Assembly: GCA_020026195.1 (NCBI GenBank)
Contig: JAHHQW010000004.1
Span: 6,416 to 70,415 of the forward strand
Origin: Prevotella sp.
GTDB taxonomy: Bacteria; Bacteroidota; Bacteroidia; Bacteroidales; Bacteroidaceae
Direction: 5' to 3'
DNA: 64,000 bases
A program made the position numbers and the translations under genes. Under the pieces are notes generated by a model. That model was not told the DNA's origin and searched no databases. It saw only the letters and a program-made list of their open reading frames with translations. How positions within the stretch are numbered: position 1 is the first letter of the stretch; the number at the start of each line of letters is the position of its first letter. Below, piece after piece: positions 30,103 to 40,134 of the stretch.

Positions 30103-31248
30103 ATGTCTTCAGTAAAAATATGTAAGGTCGAAAATAAAAGCGATCTGAAACGATTCATAGAATTTCATTATGACCTTTACGAAGGAAACGAATACGATGT
30201 TCCGAATCTTTACAGTGACGAATTAAATACATTCAGCCCCGAAAAAAATGCTGCATTTGAGTTTTGCGAAGCAGAACTGTATATTGCCGTTAAAGATGGT
30301 AAGACTGTTGGACGTGTAGCTGCCATAATCAACCATAAGGCTAATAAAAAATGGAATCATAATTCGGTTCGTTTCGGCTGGTTAGACTTCATTGATGATA
30401 AAGAAGTGTCGCGTGCACTCTTAGATGCCGTAGAAAAGTTTGGCAAGTCTAAGGGAATGGACAGAATGATAGGTCCTCTCGGCTTTACAGACATGGATCC
30501 CGAAGGAATGCTCACGATGGGATTCGACCAGCTTGGCACCATGCCTACGATATACAATTATCCTTATTACCCCGAACACATTGAAAGTATGGAAGGGTTT
30601 GTCAAGGATAATGATTATGTGGAATACAAGATTCTTATACCTGAAAGTATACCGGAGAAATATGCTAAGATTTCTGCCATGATTCAGAAACGTTATAATC
30701 TTCATGTGAAGAAACTCACGAAGAAAGAAGTTTTTGAAGAAGGTTACGGAAAGAAGATATTTGAAGTTATAAACGAGACTTTTAAAAATCTGTATGGATT
30801 TTCAGAACTTTCAGAACGACAGATAGACCAGTACGTAAATATGTATTTCCCATTTATCGATCTTAATTTAGTTACTCTCGTAGAAGACTGGAATGCTGAT
30901 AAAAAGCTCGTAGGTGTAGGTATTACCCTGCCCTCTATGTCGCATGCCTTGAAGAAATGTAAGCGCGGACGTCTGTTTCCTTTCGGATGGTGGCATATTC
31001 TCAGAGCTATAAAATACCATAAGACAAACATTGTAGACCTTCTGCTTCTGGGTGTTCTGCCTGAATACAGAGTTAAAGGTGCCAATGCTCTGATGTTCTC
31101 AGATCTCATTCCATGGTATCAGAAATATGGTTTCGAGTGGGCTGAGACTCAGGTGGAAATGGAAACCAACGAAAAGGTACAGAGTCAGTGGCAATATTTT
31201 GATATTGAGAACCACAAGCGCAGAAGATGTTATAAAAAAGATATTTAA
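30103..31248 (+). CDS. Tandem-GNAT N-acyltransferase (YghO-like; candidate bacterial ceramide synthase bCerS)
   Basis: VGRVAAIIN, RFGWLDFIDD, GPLGFTDMDPEGML, YNYPYY, LLGVLPEYRVKG; promoter TTTG 30043 plus TATATTTG 30067. Confidence 0.75.
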   Translation: MSSVKICKVENKSDLKRFIEFHYDLYEGNEYDVPNLYSDELNTFSPEKNAAFEFCEAELYIAVKDGKTVGRVAAIINHKANKKWNHNSVRFGWLDFIDDKEVSRALLDAVEKFGKSKGMDRMIGPLGFTDMDPEGMLTMGFDQLGTMPTIYNYPYYPEHIESMEGFVKDNDYVEYKILIPESIPEKYAKISAMIQKRYNLHVKKLTKKEVFEEGYGKKIFEVINETFKNLYGFSELSERQIDQYVNMYFPFIDLNLVTLVEDWNADKKLVGVGITLPSMSHALKKCKRGRLFPFGWWHILRAIKYHKTNIVDLLLLGVLPEYRVKGANALMFSDLIPWYQKYGFEWAETQVEMETNEKVQSQWQYFDIENHKRRRCYKKDI

Positions 31249-31266
31249 AGAGAAGCATTTTTATAT

Positions 31267-33216
31267 ATGGAGGATAAGGAAAATCTCAGTCAGGTGGCAT
31301 ATACCGAAGATAATATCCGTCATCTCTCGGATATGGAGCACGTGCGTACTCGTCCGGGTATGTATATCGGACGTCTTGGTGACGGTTCTATGCCCGAAGA
31401 CGGTATTTACGTTCTGCTCAAGGAAGTGATAGACAACTCTATTGATGAGTTTAAGATGCACGCCGGCAAACGTATAGAGATTAAGGTAAAGAACGGACTT
31501 GAAGTTTCTATAAGGGACTATGGCCGCGGTATTCCTCAGGGAAAACTTGTAGAGGCTGTGAGCAAACTTAATACCGGAGGTAAGTATGATTCTAAGGCTT
31601 TTAAGAAAAGTGTGGGTCTCAACGGTGTAGGTATCAAGGCTGTAAATGCTCTTAGCTCTGAATTTGAGGTTAAGTCTTTTAGAGACGGTAAGGTTCGTAC
31701 TGTATCTTTCCAGCGTGGTATTCTTAAAAGTGACACGACAGAGGATACTGACGAAAGAACAGGTACGTTTATCTATTTTGTTCCCGATAATAAGATGTTC
31801 AAGAACTATAAGTTCAATAACGATTTTATCGAGATAATGCTCCGTAACTACACATATCTTAATACAGGACTGACAATTGTCTATAACGGAACACGTATCG
31901 TTAGTCGCAATGGTCTTGAAGATCTGCTTGTAGATAACATGACTACGGAGGGTATATATCCTATAATACATCTTAAAGACGATGATATAGAAATTGCTTT
32001 CACACATACTAATCAGTATGGAGAAGAATATCATTCGTTCGTTAACGGACAGCATACTACTCAGGGCGGTACTCATCAGAGTGCTTTCAAAGAACATATA
32101 GCTCGTACAATAAAAGAATTCTTTAATAAGAACTTCGAATTCTCAGACATCCGTAACGGAATGGTTGCAGCTGTAGCTATTAATGTTGAGGAACCTATGT
32201 TTGAGAGTCAGACTAAGATAAAACTCGGCTCGCTTACGATGAGTCCGGATGGTGTGAGCATAAATAAGTTTATTGGCGACTTTATAAAGCGCGAACTCGA
32301 TAACTTTATGCACATGCACACTGACATTGCGGAACTGATGCTCAAGAAGATACAGGAAAGTGAACGTGAGCGTAAGTCGATGGCTGGTATTACCAAACTG
32401 GCAAGAGAACGTGCTAAGAAAGCTAATCTTCACAATAAGAAACTTCGTGACTGCCGAATTCATTTCTGTGATGCTAAAAATGACCTTAAGGAACAGAGTT
32501 CTATATTTATTACCGAGGGTGATTCAGCGAGTGGTAGTATAACGAAAAGTCGTGATGTTAATACTCAGGCTGTGTTCAGTCTGCGTGGAAAGCCTCTGAA
32601 TTCATTTGGGCTTACTAAGAAAGTAGTGTATGAGAACGAAGAATTCAACCTTCTTCAGGCTGCTCTTGATATAGAAGACGGACTCGATACACTAAGATAT
32701 AATAAGGTTATCGTGGCAACTGATGCCGATGTCGACGGTATGCATATCCGTCTGCTGATAATTTCTTTCTTCTTGCAGTTCTTCCCAGAGCTTATTAAGA
32801 AAGGACATGTATACATTCTTCAGACTCCTCTTTTCAGAGTTCGTAATCGTCGTACTAAAATTAGTAATAAGAAGGTTGCTGCTGATGGTAAACCCAAAAA
32901 AGGTGAAAAGAAGAGTGATTTTATCACTCGTTACTGTTACAGCGATGAAGAACGTATAAAGGCAATAAAGGAACTTGGACCAGACCCTGAAATCACACGA
33001 TTCAAAGGTCTTGGCGAAATATCTCCTGAAGAGTTCGTACATTTTATTGGTCCTGAAATGCGTCTTGAGCAGGTTATGATACACAAGAACGATAAACTTC
33101 AAAAACTATTGGAATATTATATGGGTAAGAATACTCCCGAAAGACAGGAGTTTATCATAGATAATCTTGTTGTTGAAGATGATCGTGAGGAGAATATAGG
33201 AATTGTAGAAAAGTAA
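31267..33216 (+). CDS. parE: DNA topoisomerase IV subunit B
   Basis: [48 protein letters not shown]; short form of the Bacteroidetes ParE type. Confidence 0.92.
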   Translation: MEDKENLSQVAYTEDNIRHLSDMEHVRTRPGMYIGRLGDGSMPEDGIYVLLKEVIDNSIDEFKMHAGKRIEIKVKNGLEVSIRDYGRGIPQGKLVEAVSKLNTGGKYDSKAFKKSVGLNGVGIKAVNALSSEFEVKSFRDGKVRTVSFQRGILKSDTTEDTDERTGTFIYFVPDNKMFKNYKFNNDFIEIMLRNYTYLNTGLTIVYNGTRIVSRNGLEDLLVDNMTTEGIYPIIHLKDDDIEIAFTHTNQYGEEYHSFVNGQHTTQGGTHQSAFKEHIARTIKEFFNKNFEFSDIRNGMVAAVAINVEEPMFESQTKIKLGSLTMSPDGVSINKFIGDFIKRELDNFMHMHTDIAELMLKKIQESERERKSMAGITKLARERAKKANLHNKKLRDCRIHFCDAKNDLKEQSSIFITEGDSASGSITKSRDVNTQAVFSLRGKPLNSFGLTKKVVYENEEFNLLQAALDIEDGLDTLRYNKVIVATDADVDGMHIRLLIISFFLQFFPELIKKGHVYILQTPLFRVRNRRTKISNKKVAADGKPKKGEKKSDFITRYCYSDEERIKAIKELGPDPEITRFKGLGEISPEEFVHFIGPEMRLEQVMIHKNDKLQKLLEYYMGKNTPERQEFIIDNLVVEDDREENIGIVEK

Positions 33217-33236
33217 TTAAGAGAATATATTAGTCG

Positions 33237-33275
33237 GAGGCATACTTATAAAAATAGGTATGTCTCTTATTTTTT
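33237..33275 (+). terminator. Intrinsic terminator after parE
   Basis: GAGGCATACTTAT-loop-ATAGGTATGTCTC followed by TTATTTTTT. Confidence 0.6.
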
Positions 33276-33482
33276 ATAATCGTCTCTACCCTACTTTTTA
33301 TGGTATATATTCATGATGTTTATCATGAATTTAAATCTTAATTATATATTAAACTTGGTTATTACATCAGATAAATAACTTAAGAAAAGTATGCTGTAGA
33401 CATTTGTATTTCATAGTAATATAAGTTATAAGACTTTCATATAGACTTAATTTATGTTGTATTGATTAATTTTTACGGAGTC

Positions 33483-35480
33483 TTAGAACTTAATTCTTAA
33501 CTGAATGTCTAAGTCTGAAAGATACGACTTGTTAACTTCTCTGAGACCGCTGCTAATTTTATTTCTGTCAAAGTATTTTGTTATTCCGTAATGTAACATA
33601 ATCATGAAATTCTTACATATATCGTATCTCGAAGATAGTGAAAAACGCATTCCTTTACCATAGAATGAAGGAAAAGAAAAGCTGTAAAGTGGACCATGTT
33701 CGTATATATAAATACGAGAAGAATAGTCTTTTGTAGAGAAGTATCCCAATAGTCCGTCAGTTTTTAGTTTCTTTCCTATTCCTAATCTGCCATAACAACA
33801 CGACATCCATCCAAAACTATTGATTTTATGACGGTTATAATGACTGTTTAATTGCAGCTTAATACTATTCTCACCACTTGTAAAACCGCAGTCTAAACGT
33901 GTAGAGTTTTCATGACAATGTATTTGTTCTCCCCCACCAGGAATGTTCTTTTCACGATTGCGGTATCTGTTACGTATTCCTAAAGAGAATGCATTTCTTT
34001 TATATAGAATGTTGATAAGGTTATCAAAAGATGATGAAGATGATGAAGTGTTGTATTTTTTATAAGGGAAATATGCAACATCCGCATATACTGATACATT
34101 GAGATTAGGATTCACACGATAGTCGGCACCGATGTAAAAACCATTTTCGTTCTGTATGTGTCCTCCATCGGAAAACGATTGTGAAAACAGAGAATAATAA
34201 CGGTAAGAATAGAATCGGTGTATGGCATTGAGTTTTAAATCTTCATTAATGTTATATGATGCTGTGTTTATAGTTGCGATTGCTCCGTCGTTATTAAATG
34301 CAGTTTCACCAGAAACAGAGAATCGATAGTTTATGTATCCGTAGTTTACACCTAAATTATAAAAAGAGTATCCTACAGGACCATAGTATTTATAAGAATC
34401 TATCTTTGCTCTTGCAAAAGGACGATTGAACCAAACGTAATATCCTGTCATACCTGCATGAAATCCGTTTGCTTGCCATAGGATGTTTCCACCTGTAACA
34501 AATTGCTGTGTGTTGTTCTTTTTCTTCATTTCATTAGTTGTACGATGATATCCTGAAGATGAAAGACTGCGAATCTTTCCTTCCCCATTCAAGGTTGCAT
34601 CTATATCTTTAAACGAAACAAATCCTGATAGATCTACATTCTTAAGTATATTTACTGTCATTGCGGCACCTTGCAGACTTTTTCCATCTGATGACGAAGA
34701 ATGAACTGTTATGTTATTAGATACCTTACCTGCAAGTGAAGTGTTTGCCGTCTTTCCTAATGAAAAATTATTGTTCATAACAAGTCCCATGCCAAATGAC
34801 AGGCGATATTTTCCTATTGCAAGAGTTTTTATTCTGCCTAAATCTCTTATCATAAGGTAATAAGAATAGTAATCGTACCCTGCCCTGTTATTGCTGCTAA
34901 AAAAAGGTTCGCCTGCATCTTGCGAACCTACTAATCCTAAACGTATCCTGTTATTATATCTGAAATTATATCTAAGCGAATGTTTGTATTTGTATCCCAT
35001 GTATCCGCTTTTGTCACCCTTGCGTTCATAGAAAGGTATTTTACCGGTAAGAAGTAAATTATGCTTTCCGTATTTTAAAATTTTACGCATGGAAAGTTTA
35101 TTATTGCTTTCTTTCTCTCCTACATATATAAAATCAACCAACAATCTTCGTGTGTAATAATCCAATTGTTCTATGAGAGCCAGTTCTCCAAGACTTTCCA
35201 TTCCGTTATAATGGTAAAGATAAGAACAGATTGCTTCTATCTGTGAATCATTTAAGAAAGGAAACTGTTCAAGATCTTCCCTCCTGGCTTTATTTATGTT
35301 TATTGGATTGAGATATAGTTCGTAAAGAATAGAATAAATATTTTCATTTGTGTCTGAGTTATCCCCCATTAGGTCAATGTATCTTGCGTAAACATCTTCC
35401 CATTTATCATCGTTTTGTGCACGACAAAAATATGTTCCACAAATGAACATTATAACAATAAAAATGAATTTCATAAACAT
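33483..35480 (-). CDS. Helix-hairpin-helix (ComEA-like) domain fused to a probable outer-membrane beta-barrel
   Basis: Signal peptide; PININKARREDLEQFPFLNDSQIEAI HhH motif; long aromatic/alternating region ending in IQLRIKF; start uncertain (35480 or 35474). Confidence 0.75.
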   Translation of the reverse strand: MFMKFIFIVIMFICGTYFCRAQNDDKWEDVYARYIDLMGDNSDTNENIYSILYELYLNPININKARREDLEQFPFLNDSQIEAICSYLYHYNGMESLGELALIEQLDYYTRRLLVDFIYVGEKESNNKLSMRKILKYGKHNLLLTGKIPFYERKGDKSGYMGYKYKHSLRYNFRYNNRIRLGLVGSQDAGEPFFSSNNRAGYDYYSYYLMIRDLGRIKTLAIGKYRLSFGMGLVMNNNFSLGKTANTSLAGKVSNNITVHSSSSDGKSLQGAAMTVNILKNVDLSGFVSFKDIDATLNGEGKIRSLSSSGYHRTTNEMKKKNNTQQFVTGGNILWQANGFHAGMTGYYVWFNRPFARAKIDSYKYYGPVGYSFYNLGVNYGYINYRFSVSGETAFNNDGAIATINTASYNINEDLKLNAIHRFYSYRYYSLFSQSFSDGGHIQNENGFYIGADYRVNPNLNVSVYADVAYFPYKKYNTSSSSSSFDNLINILYKRNAFSLGIRNRYRNREKNIPGGGEQIHCHENSTRLDCGFTSGENSIKLQLNSHYNRHKINSFGWMSCCYGRLGIGKKLKTDGLLGYFSTKDYSSRIYIYEHGPLYSFSFPSFYGKGMRFSLSSRYDICKNFMIMLHYGITKYFDRNKISSGLREVNKSYLSDLDIQLRIKF

Positions 35481-35592
35481 CTTATGATAAAGATTGCGGT
35501 AAAGATAATAAAAAATAATTGATAAAGTGTAAATTAGATTATTCAAGATGCGTAAATAAAGAAATTGTTTATATTTTTGCGGTGTGAGTAAT

Positions 35593-36222
35593 ATGAGATA
35601 CTATATAATAAGTCTTTTACTTCTTGTTACGGTGAATGTCTTTTCTTCATCGTCGGATGTTGCTGTGTCTGACACATTAACAACCGAGGATTCTTCATTT
35701 GTTCCGCTTGTAAAGGTCAGAACAGCGCTTTCTGAAGATGGTGACAGTATTCAGTATGTAGAATTGAACAGGATATACGTATATCCTGAGATGACATTTA
35801 AAAAAGAGAATGATAGAAGGAAATTCAGCCGTCTTGTAAGAAATGTAAAGAAAGTTTTACCTCTTGCAAAGAAAGCAAGGGTTATGATGCTTGAGACTTA
35901 CGAATATATTATGACTCTGCCAACAGAGGAGGCTAGGAGCAAACATCTTAAGCTTGTGGAAGAAGATATTAAGCGAACGTATACTCCGGTTATGAAGAAA
36001 CTTACGTTCTCACAGGGCAAACTTCTCATAAAATTAATATATAGGGAATGCAATTCATCAACATACCAGTTGATAAAGGCTTTTTTAGGGCCTGTGAAGG
36101 CAGGTTTTTATCAGACTTTTGCATGGATGTTTGGTGCAAGTCTTACTAAACAATACGATCCAGAAGGCAAAGATAAAATTACCGAAAGGGTAGTACGAAT
36201 GGTTGAGGCGGGACAGTTATAG
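35593..36222 (+). CDS. DUF4294-family exported protein
   Basis: RLVRNVKKVLPLAK, KKLTFSQGKLLIKLIYRE, FYQTFAWMFGASL; TATTTTTG -7 element at 35572-35579. Confidence 0.75.
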   Translation: MRYYIISLLLLVTVNVFSSSSDVAVSDTLTTEDSSFVPLVKVRTALSEDGDSIQYVELNRIYVYPEMTFKKENDRRKFSRLVRNVKKVLPLAKKARVMMLETYEYIMTLPTEEARSKHLKLVEEDIKRTYTPVMKKLTFSQGKLLIKLIYRECNSSTYQLIKAFLGPVKAGFYQTFAWMFGASLTKQYDPEGKDKITERVVRMVEAGQL

Positions 36223-36262
36223 AAACAAAAGCATTTTCTTTTGTTAATTACATCATTTTTAT

Positions 36263-36293
36263 TTTGTTATGTAGTAATCTTGTCCTAACTTTG
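36263..36293 (+). promoter_or_regulatory. Bacteroidetes promoter for the yitT x3 - epimerase - PAP2 unit
   Basis: TTTG 36263-36266, 19 bp, TAACTTTG 36286-36293. Confidence 0.7.
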
Positions 36294-36314
36294 CGGCCTA
36301 ATATTAGAGTATAG

Positions 36315-37196
36315 ATGAAAGTAGGTAAGATTAATAGGAGTTTAGTTTTCAGAGAAGTACGAGATTACGTAATGATAGCCTTTGCAATGATGCTCTATTG
36401 TATAGGCTGGACATTATTTTTATTACCAAACAATATTACAACTGGGGGTATTCCTGGTATATCATCAATTATTTATTGGGGTACAGGAGTGCCAGTTCAA
36501 GTTTCGTACTTTATTTTTAATGTAATATTGATACTGTTTGCATTGTGGATACTTGGATGGCGTTTCTGTATTAAGACTATTTTTGCTATGTTTACTCTTA
36601 CGACAATGGTAGCATTTTCTACAGAGAACTTAGGTCACATTCATATTTTGTCAGACCAGCCATTCATGACAGCTATCTTGGGAGCTTTATTCTGTGGAAG
36701 TGGAGTAGGACTGAGCCTGTCATTCAACGGAAGCACCGGAGGTACTGATATTATAGCCGCAATAATAAACAAGTATAAAAACATATCGCTTGGAAAAGTG
36801 ATAATGCTTGCCGATGTCATCATAGTAACGTCAAGTTATCTTGTTGTTCCGGATATAGAAAAGATAGTATATGGTTATGTTGTACTGCTCCTTACAGGAT
36901 GGTGCATAGATGCTGTAGTGTCGTCTTTCCGTCAGTCTGTGCAGTTCTTTATCATTTCAGATAAGTTTGAAGAGATTGGACGCGAGATAAGTGCAGTTTC
37001 AAGCCGAGGCTGTACCGTAATCAATTCTAAAGGTAGTTATACAGGCAACGATGTAAAGATGTTGTTCGTGCTTGCCCGCAGAAGTGAGTCTTCAAAGATA
37101 TTTAACATCATACAGTCAGTAGATCCTAAAGCCTTTGTATCACAGAGTCTTACAATAGGTGTCTATGGTGATGGCTTCGACAAATTTAAGAAGTAA
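36315..37196 (+). CDS. YitT-family membrane protein (copy 1 of 3)
   Basis: FLLPNNITTGGIPG, NGSTGGTDII, RGCT...G.YT, DPKAFVSQS..GVYG.GF. Confidence 0.9.
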   Translation: MKVGKINRSLVFREVRDYVMIAFAMMLYCIGWTLFLLPNNITTGGIPGISSIIYWGTGVPVQVSYFIFNVILILFALWILGWRFCIKTIFAMFTLTTMVAFSTENLGHIHILSDQPFMTAILGALFCGSGVGLSLSFNGSTGGTDIIAAIINKYKNISLGKVIMLADVIIVTSSYLVVPDIEKIVYGYVVLLLTGWCIDAVVSSFRQSVQFFIISDKFEEIGREISAVSSRGCTVINSKGSYTGNDVKMLFVLARRSESSKIFNIIQSVDPKAFVSQSLTIGVYGDGFDKFKK

Positions 37197-37250
37197 CAAA
37201 CGAAAACAAAATAAAAATAATTAATAGTAATACATTTATTAACATCAGCT

Positions 37251-38153
37251 ATGAATGGAATCAGACAAAGAGTGCAGAAAAACACTTGGAAGGAAATTAA
37301 CGATTATGTAATGCTTACTGTAGCTTCGGCGTGCTATAGTTTAGGATGGGCATTCTTTATGTTACCTAATGAAATTGCTCCGGGTGGTATACCTGGTATT
37401 TCTTCTATTTTGAAATGGGCTGGAATTTTAGATCCTCAGTACACATTCTTCTTATTGAATACAATCTTGATGGCTTTTGCATTAAAGATTCTTGGTTGGA
37501 AGTTCTGTGCTAAAACAATCTGGGGTGTAGTTACACTGACATTATTCCTTGCATTGTTTCAGGATAAGGGTGCTGAAATGGGACTTCTGAAGGGACAGAC
37601 ATTTATGGCTGCCATCATTGGTTCGGCATTTACAGGTACAGGTGTAGGTCTTGCACTTGCTTCTGGCGGCAGTACAGGAGGATCAGATGTCGTAGCGGCA
37701 ATGGTAAATAAGTATAAGAACATATCATTAGGTCGTCTGATACTATTTGTAGATATGATAATCATCACATCTTCTTATTTAGTACTTAAGAACTGGGATA
37801 ACGTTATCATGGGTTATGCAGGTCTTATTGTTGCATCATTCTCTGTAGACCAGGTAGTTAACTCTCGTCGTCGTTCAGTTCAGTTCTTTGTTATCTCAAA
37901 GGAATACAAGGAAATTGCACGACGTATTAACGAAGAGCCCAACAGAGGTTGTACACTTATTAAGGCACAGGGATTCTATACAGATAAGGAAACAAACATG
38001 TTGTTTGTTCTTGCAAAACAGACAGAATCAAGCATGATTTTCCGTATAATCAATGAAGTTGATCCTAAGGCATTTGTATCACAGAGTGCTGTTATCGGTG
38101 TCTATGGCGAAGGCTTCGACAAGTTTAAAGTTAGCGGTAAGAAAAATAATTAA
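37251..38153 (+). CDS. YitT-family membrane protein (copy 2 of 3)
   Basis: LPNEIAPGGIPG, GGSTGGSDVV, RGCT, DPKAFVSQSAVIGVYGEGF. Confidence 0.9.
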   Translation: MNGIRQRVQKNTWKEINDYVMLTVASACYSLGWAFFMLPNEIAPGGIPGISSILKWAGILDPQYTFFLLNTILMAFALKILGWKFCAKTIWGVVTLTLFLALFQDKGAEMGLLKGQTFMAAIIGSAFTGTGVGLALASGGSTGGSDVVAAMVNKYKNISLGRLILFVDMIIITSSYLVLKNWDNVIMGYAGLIVASFSVDQVVNSRRRSVQFFVISKEYKEIARRINEEPNRGCTLIKAQGFYTDKETNMLFVLAKQTESSMIFRIINEVDPKAFVSQSAVIGVYGEGFDKFKVSGKKNN

Positions 38154-38158
38154 TATAA

Positions 38159-39109
38159 ATGAAGTCGGTAAATTTAAATTTAAATTTAAAAGATGAGCTG
38201 CATGACTATATTATGATAGCCTTTGCCATGCTCATTGCATGTACAGGATGGGTTATCTTCCTGTTACCAAATCACATTACAACAGGCGGTGTCCCTGGTA
38301 TTTCTTCAGTATTACTCTGGGGTTTAGGCATTGATGTCAAGATAACATATGTTGTTGTAAACACAACTCTGCTCATACTTGCATTAAGAATCCTTGGTCT
38401 TAAATTCTGTCTGAAGACTATATGGGCCGTTATAACATTTACATTCTTTACAGGTGTACTTCAGGAGTTTGACTTCACTGTAAACGGACAGCCGTTCCTC
38501 GCAAGTCAGAAGTTCATGGCTGCCGTAGTAGGAGGTGCTTTCCTTGGTGCTGGTGTTGGATTAGGTCTTGCTTCTAACGGAAGTACAGGTGGATCTGATG
38601 TTATCGCAGCAATGATTAATAAATATAAGGACGTATCTCTTGGCCGTCTTCTGCTCATGACAGATATTGGTGTCGTTACATTAGTACGTACGGTACCTGG
38701 AATGACATGGGAAGATGTACTTTATGGTTACATTGTACTTGTTATGTCTGCAATCTGTGTAGACGGCGTCGTAAATGCTTCACGTCGTTCAGTACAGTTC
38801 GTCATCATTTCAGATCAGTACGAGCAGATAGCAGAAGCCATTTCTCAGAATATACGTCGTGGCGTAACAATTATCAACAGTCAGGGTTATTACACAGGAA
38901 CACAGCTTAAAATGTTGTTCGTACTTGCACGTCAGACAGAAAGTACAAACATTTTCCGTCTTATAAAGATGATAGACCGCGATGCCTTTGTATCACAGAG
39001 TTCTGTAATTGGTGTTTATGGTAAGGGATTTGATAAATTCAAAGGTTCTGATAAAGAGAAAGTAGATAAAGCCATAAAGGATAGCGATGCTAAGGCAGTA
39101 AATGCTTAA
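38159..39109 (+). CDS. YitT-family membrane protein (copy 3 of 3)
   Basis: FLLPNHITTGGVPG, NGSTGGSDVI, RRGVT, AFVSQSSVIGVYGKGF. Confidence 0.9.
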   Translation: MKSVNLNLNLKDELHDYIMIAFAMLIACTGWVIFLLPNHITTGGVPGISSVLLWGLGIDVKITYVVVNTTLLILALRILGLKFCLKTIWAVITFTFFTGVLQEFDFTVNGQPFLASQKFMAAVVGGAFLGAGVGLGLASNGSTGGSDVIAAMINKYKDVSLGRLLLMTDIGVVTLVRTVPGMTWEDVLYGYIVLVMSAICVDGVVNASRRSVQFVIISDQYEQIAEAISQNIRRGVTIINSQGYYTGTQLKMLFVLARQTESTNIFRLIKMIDRDAFVSQSSVIGVYGKGFDKFKGSDKEKVDKAIKDSDAKAVNA

Positions 39110-39131
39110 GCCAGCTATATAAAAGACATCT

Positions 39132-40130
39132 ATGGGAAAAAAAATATTCATAACCGGTTCAACTGGTTTCATAGGCAGTTTTATTGTAGAAGAAGCGCTG
39201 CGTCAAGGTTATGAAGTTTGGGCTGCTGTACGAAAGAGCAGTTCCTTAAAATATTTATCCGATGAAAGAATTCACCTTCTTGAGGTGAATCTTTCAGACG
39301 GACAAATATTAAAAAAACAGTTAGCATCATTTGATTTCGATTACGTTGTACATGCTGCCGGCGTTACAAAGTGTCTGAATTCAAATGATTTTTTTGTTGT
39401 CAATGTAGAAGGTACAAAGAATCTTGTTTCGGCTATATGTGATAACGGAATGCATATAAAAAAATTCGTTTACATAAGCAGTCTGAGTGTCTTTGGTCCT
39501 GTACGCGAGAAAATGCCTTATACAGACATTCTTGATACAGATACACCGCATCCGGACACTGCATACGGAAAGAGCAAACTTGAGGCTGAGAAATATCTTT
39601 CAACGCTTAAAGATTTTCCTTATGTGGTGCTTCGTCCTACAGGTGTATACGGGCCACGCGAGAAAGATTATTTCATGATGGCCAAAAGTATTAAGGAACA
39701 TGTAGACTTTACGGTAGGATACCGTCCTCAGGTTCTTACGTTCGTTTATGTTAAGGATGTAGTACAGGCCGTTTTCAAGGCTATGGAAAAGGGTAGTACA
39801 GGTGCATCTTATTTCTTAAGTGATGGCAGTGAATACACATCGCGTAGTTTCAGCGACCTGATAAAGAAAGAATTAGGTGTAAGTCTGCTGTTCAGAATAA
39901 AGGCTCCTTTATGGTTTCTCAAGATAGTAACCACGGCAGGCGAGGGTATCGGTCACATAACAGGAAAGGTTTCTGCTCTTAACAACGATAAATATAACAT
40001 TATGAAGCAGCGTAACTGGCGCTGTGACATAACTCCTGCAATAAAGGAACTGGGTTATCATCCCGAATACAATTTGGAAAGGGGAGTGAAAGAAACCATC
40101 GAATGGTACAAAGAAAATAACTGGCTCTGA
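39132..40130 (+). CDS. NAD(P)-dependent epimerase/dehydratase (extended SDR; candidate ceramide reductase CerR)
   Basis: ITGSTGFIG, VHAAG, YGKSK catalytic YxxxK, LRPTGVYGP. Confidence 0.85.
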   Translation: MGKKIFITGSTGFIGSFIVEEALRQGYEVWAAVRKSSSLKYLSDERIHLLEVNLSDGQILKKQLASFDFDYVVHAAGVTKCLNSNDFFVVNVEGTKNLVSAICDNGMHIKKFVYISSLSVFGPVREKMPYTDILDTDTPHPDTAYGKSKLEAEKYLSTLKDFPYVVLRPTGVYGPREKDYFMMAKSIKEHVDFTVGYRPQVLTFVYVKDVVQAVFKAMEKGSTGASYFLSDGSEYTSRSFSDLIKKELGVSLLFRIKAPLWFLKIVTTAGEGIGHITGKVSALNNDKYNIMKQRNWRCDITPAIKELGYHPEYNLERGVKETIEWYKENNWL

Positions 40131-40134
40131 CAAT

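Noticed and set aside
31261..32097. 278-aa minus-strand ORF
   Set aside because: Lies antisense to parE with no recognisable motifs; a codon-bias shadow ORF.
38169..38190. (AATTTA)x3 microsatellite at the start of yitT copy 3
   Set aside because: Short, in frame (encodes NLNLNL), and a unit of 6 cannot shift the frame.
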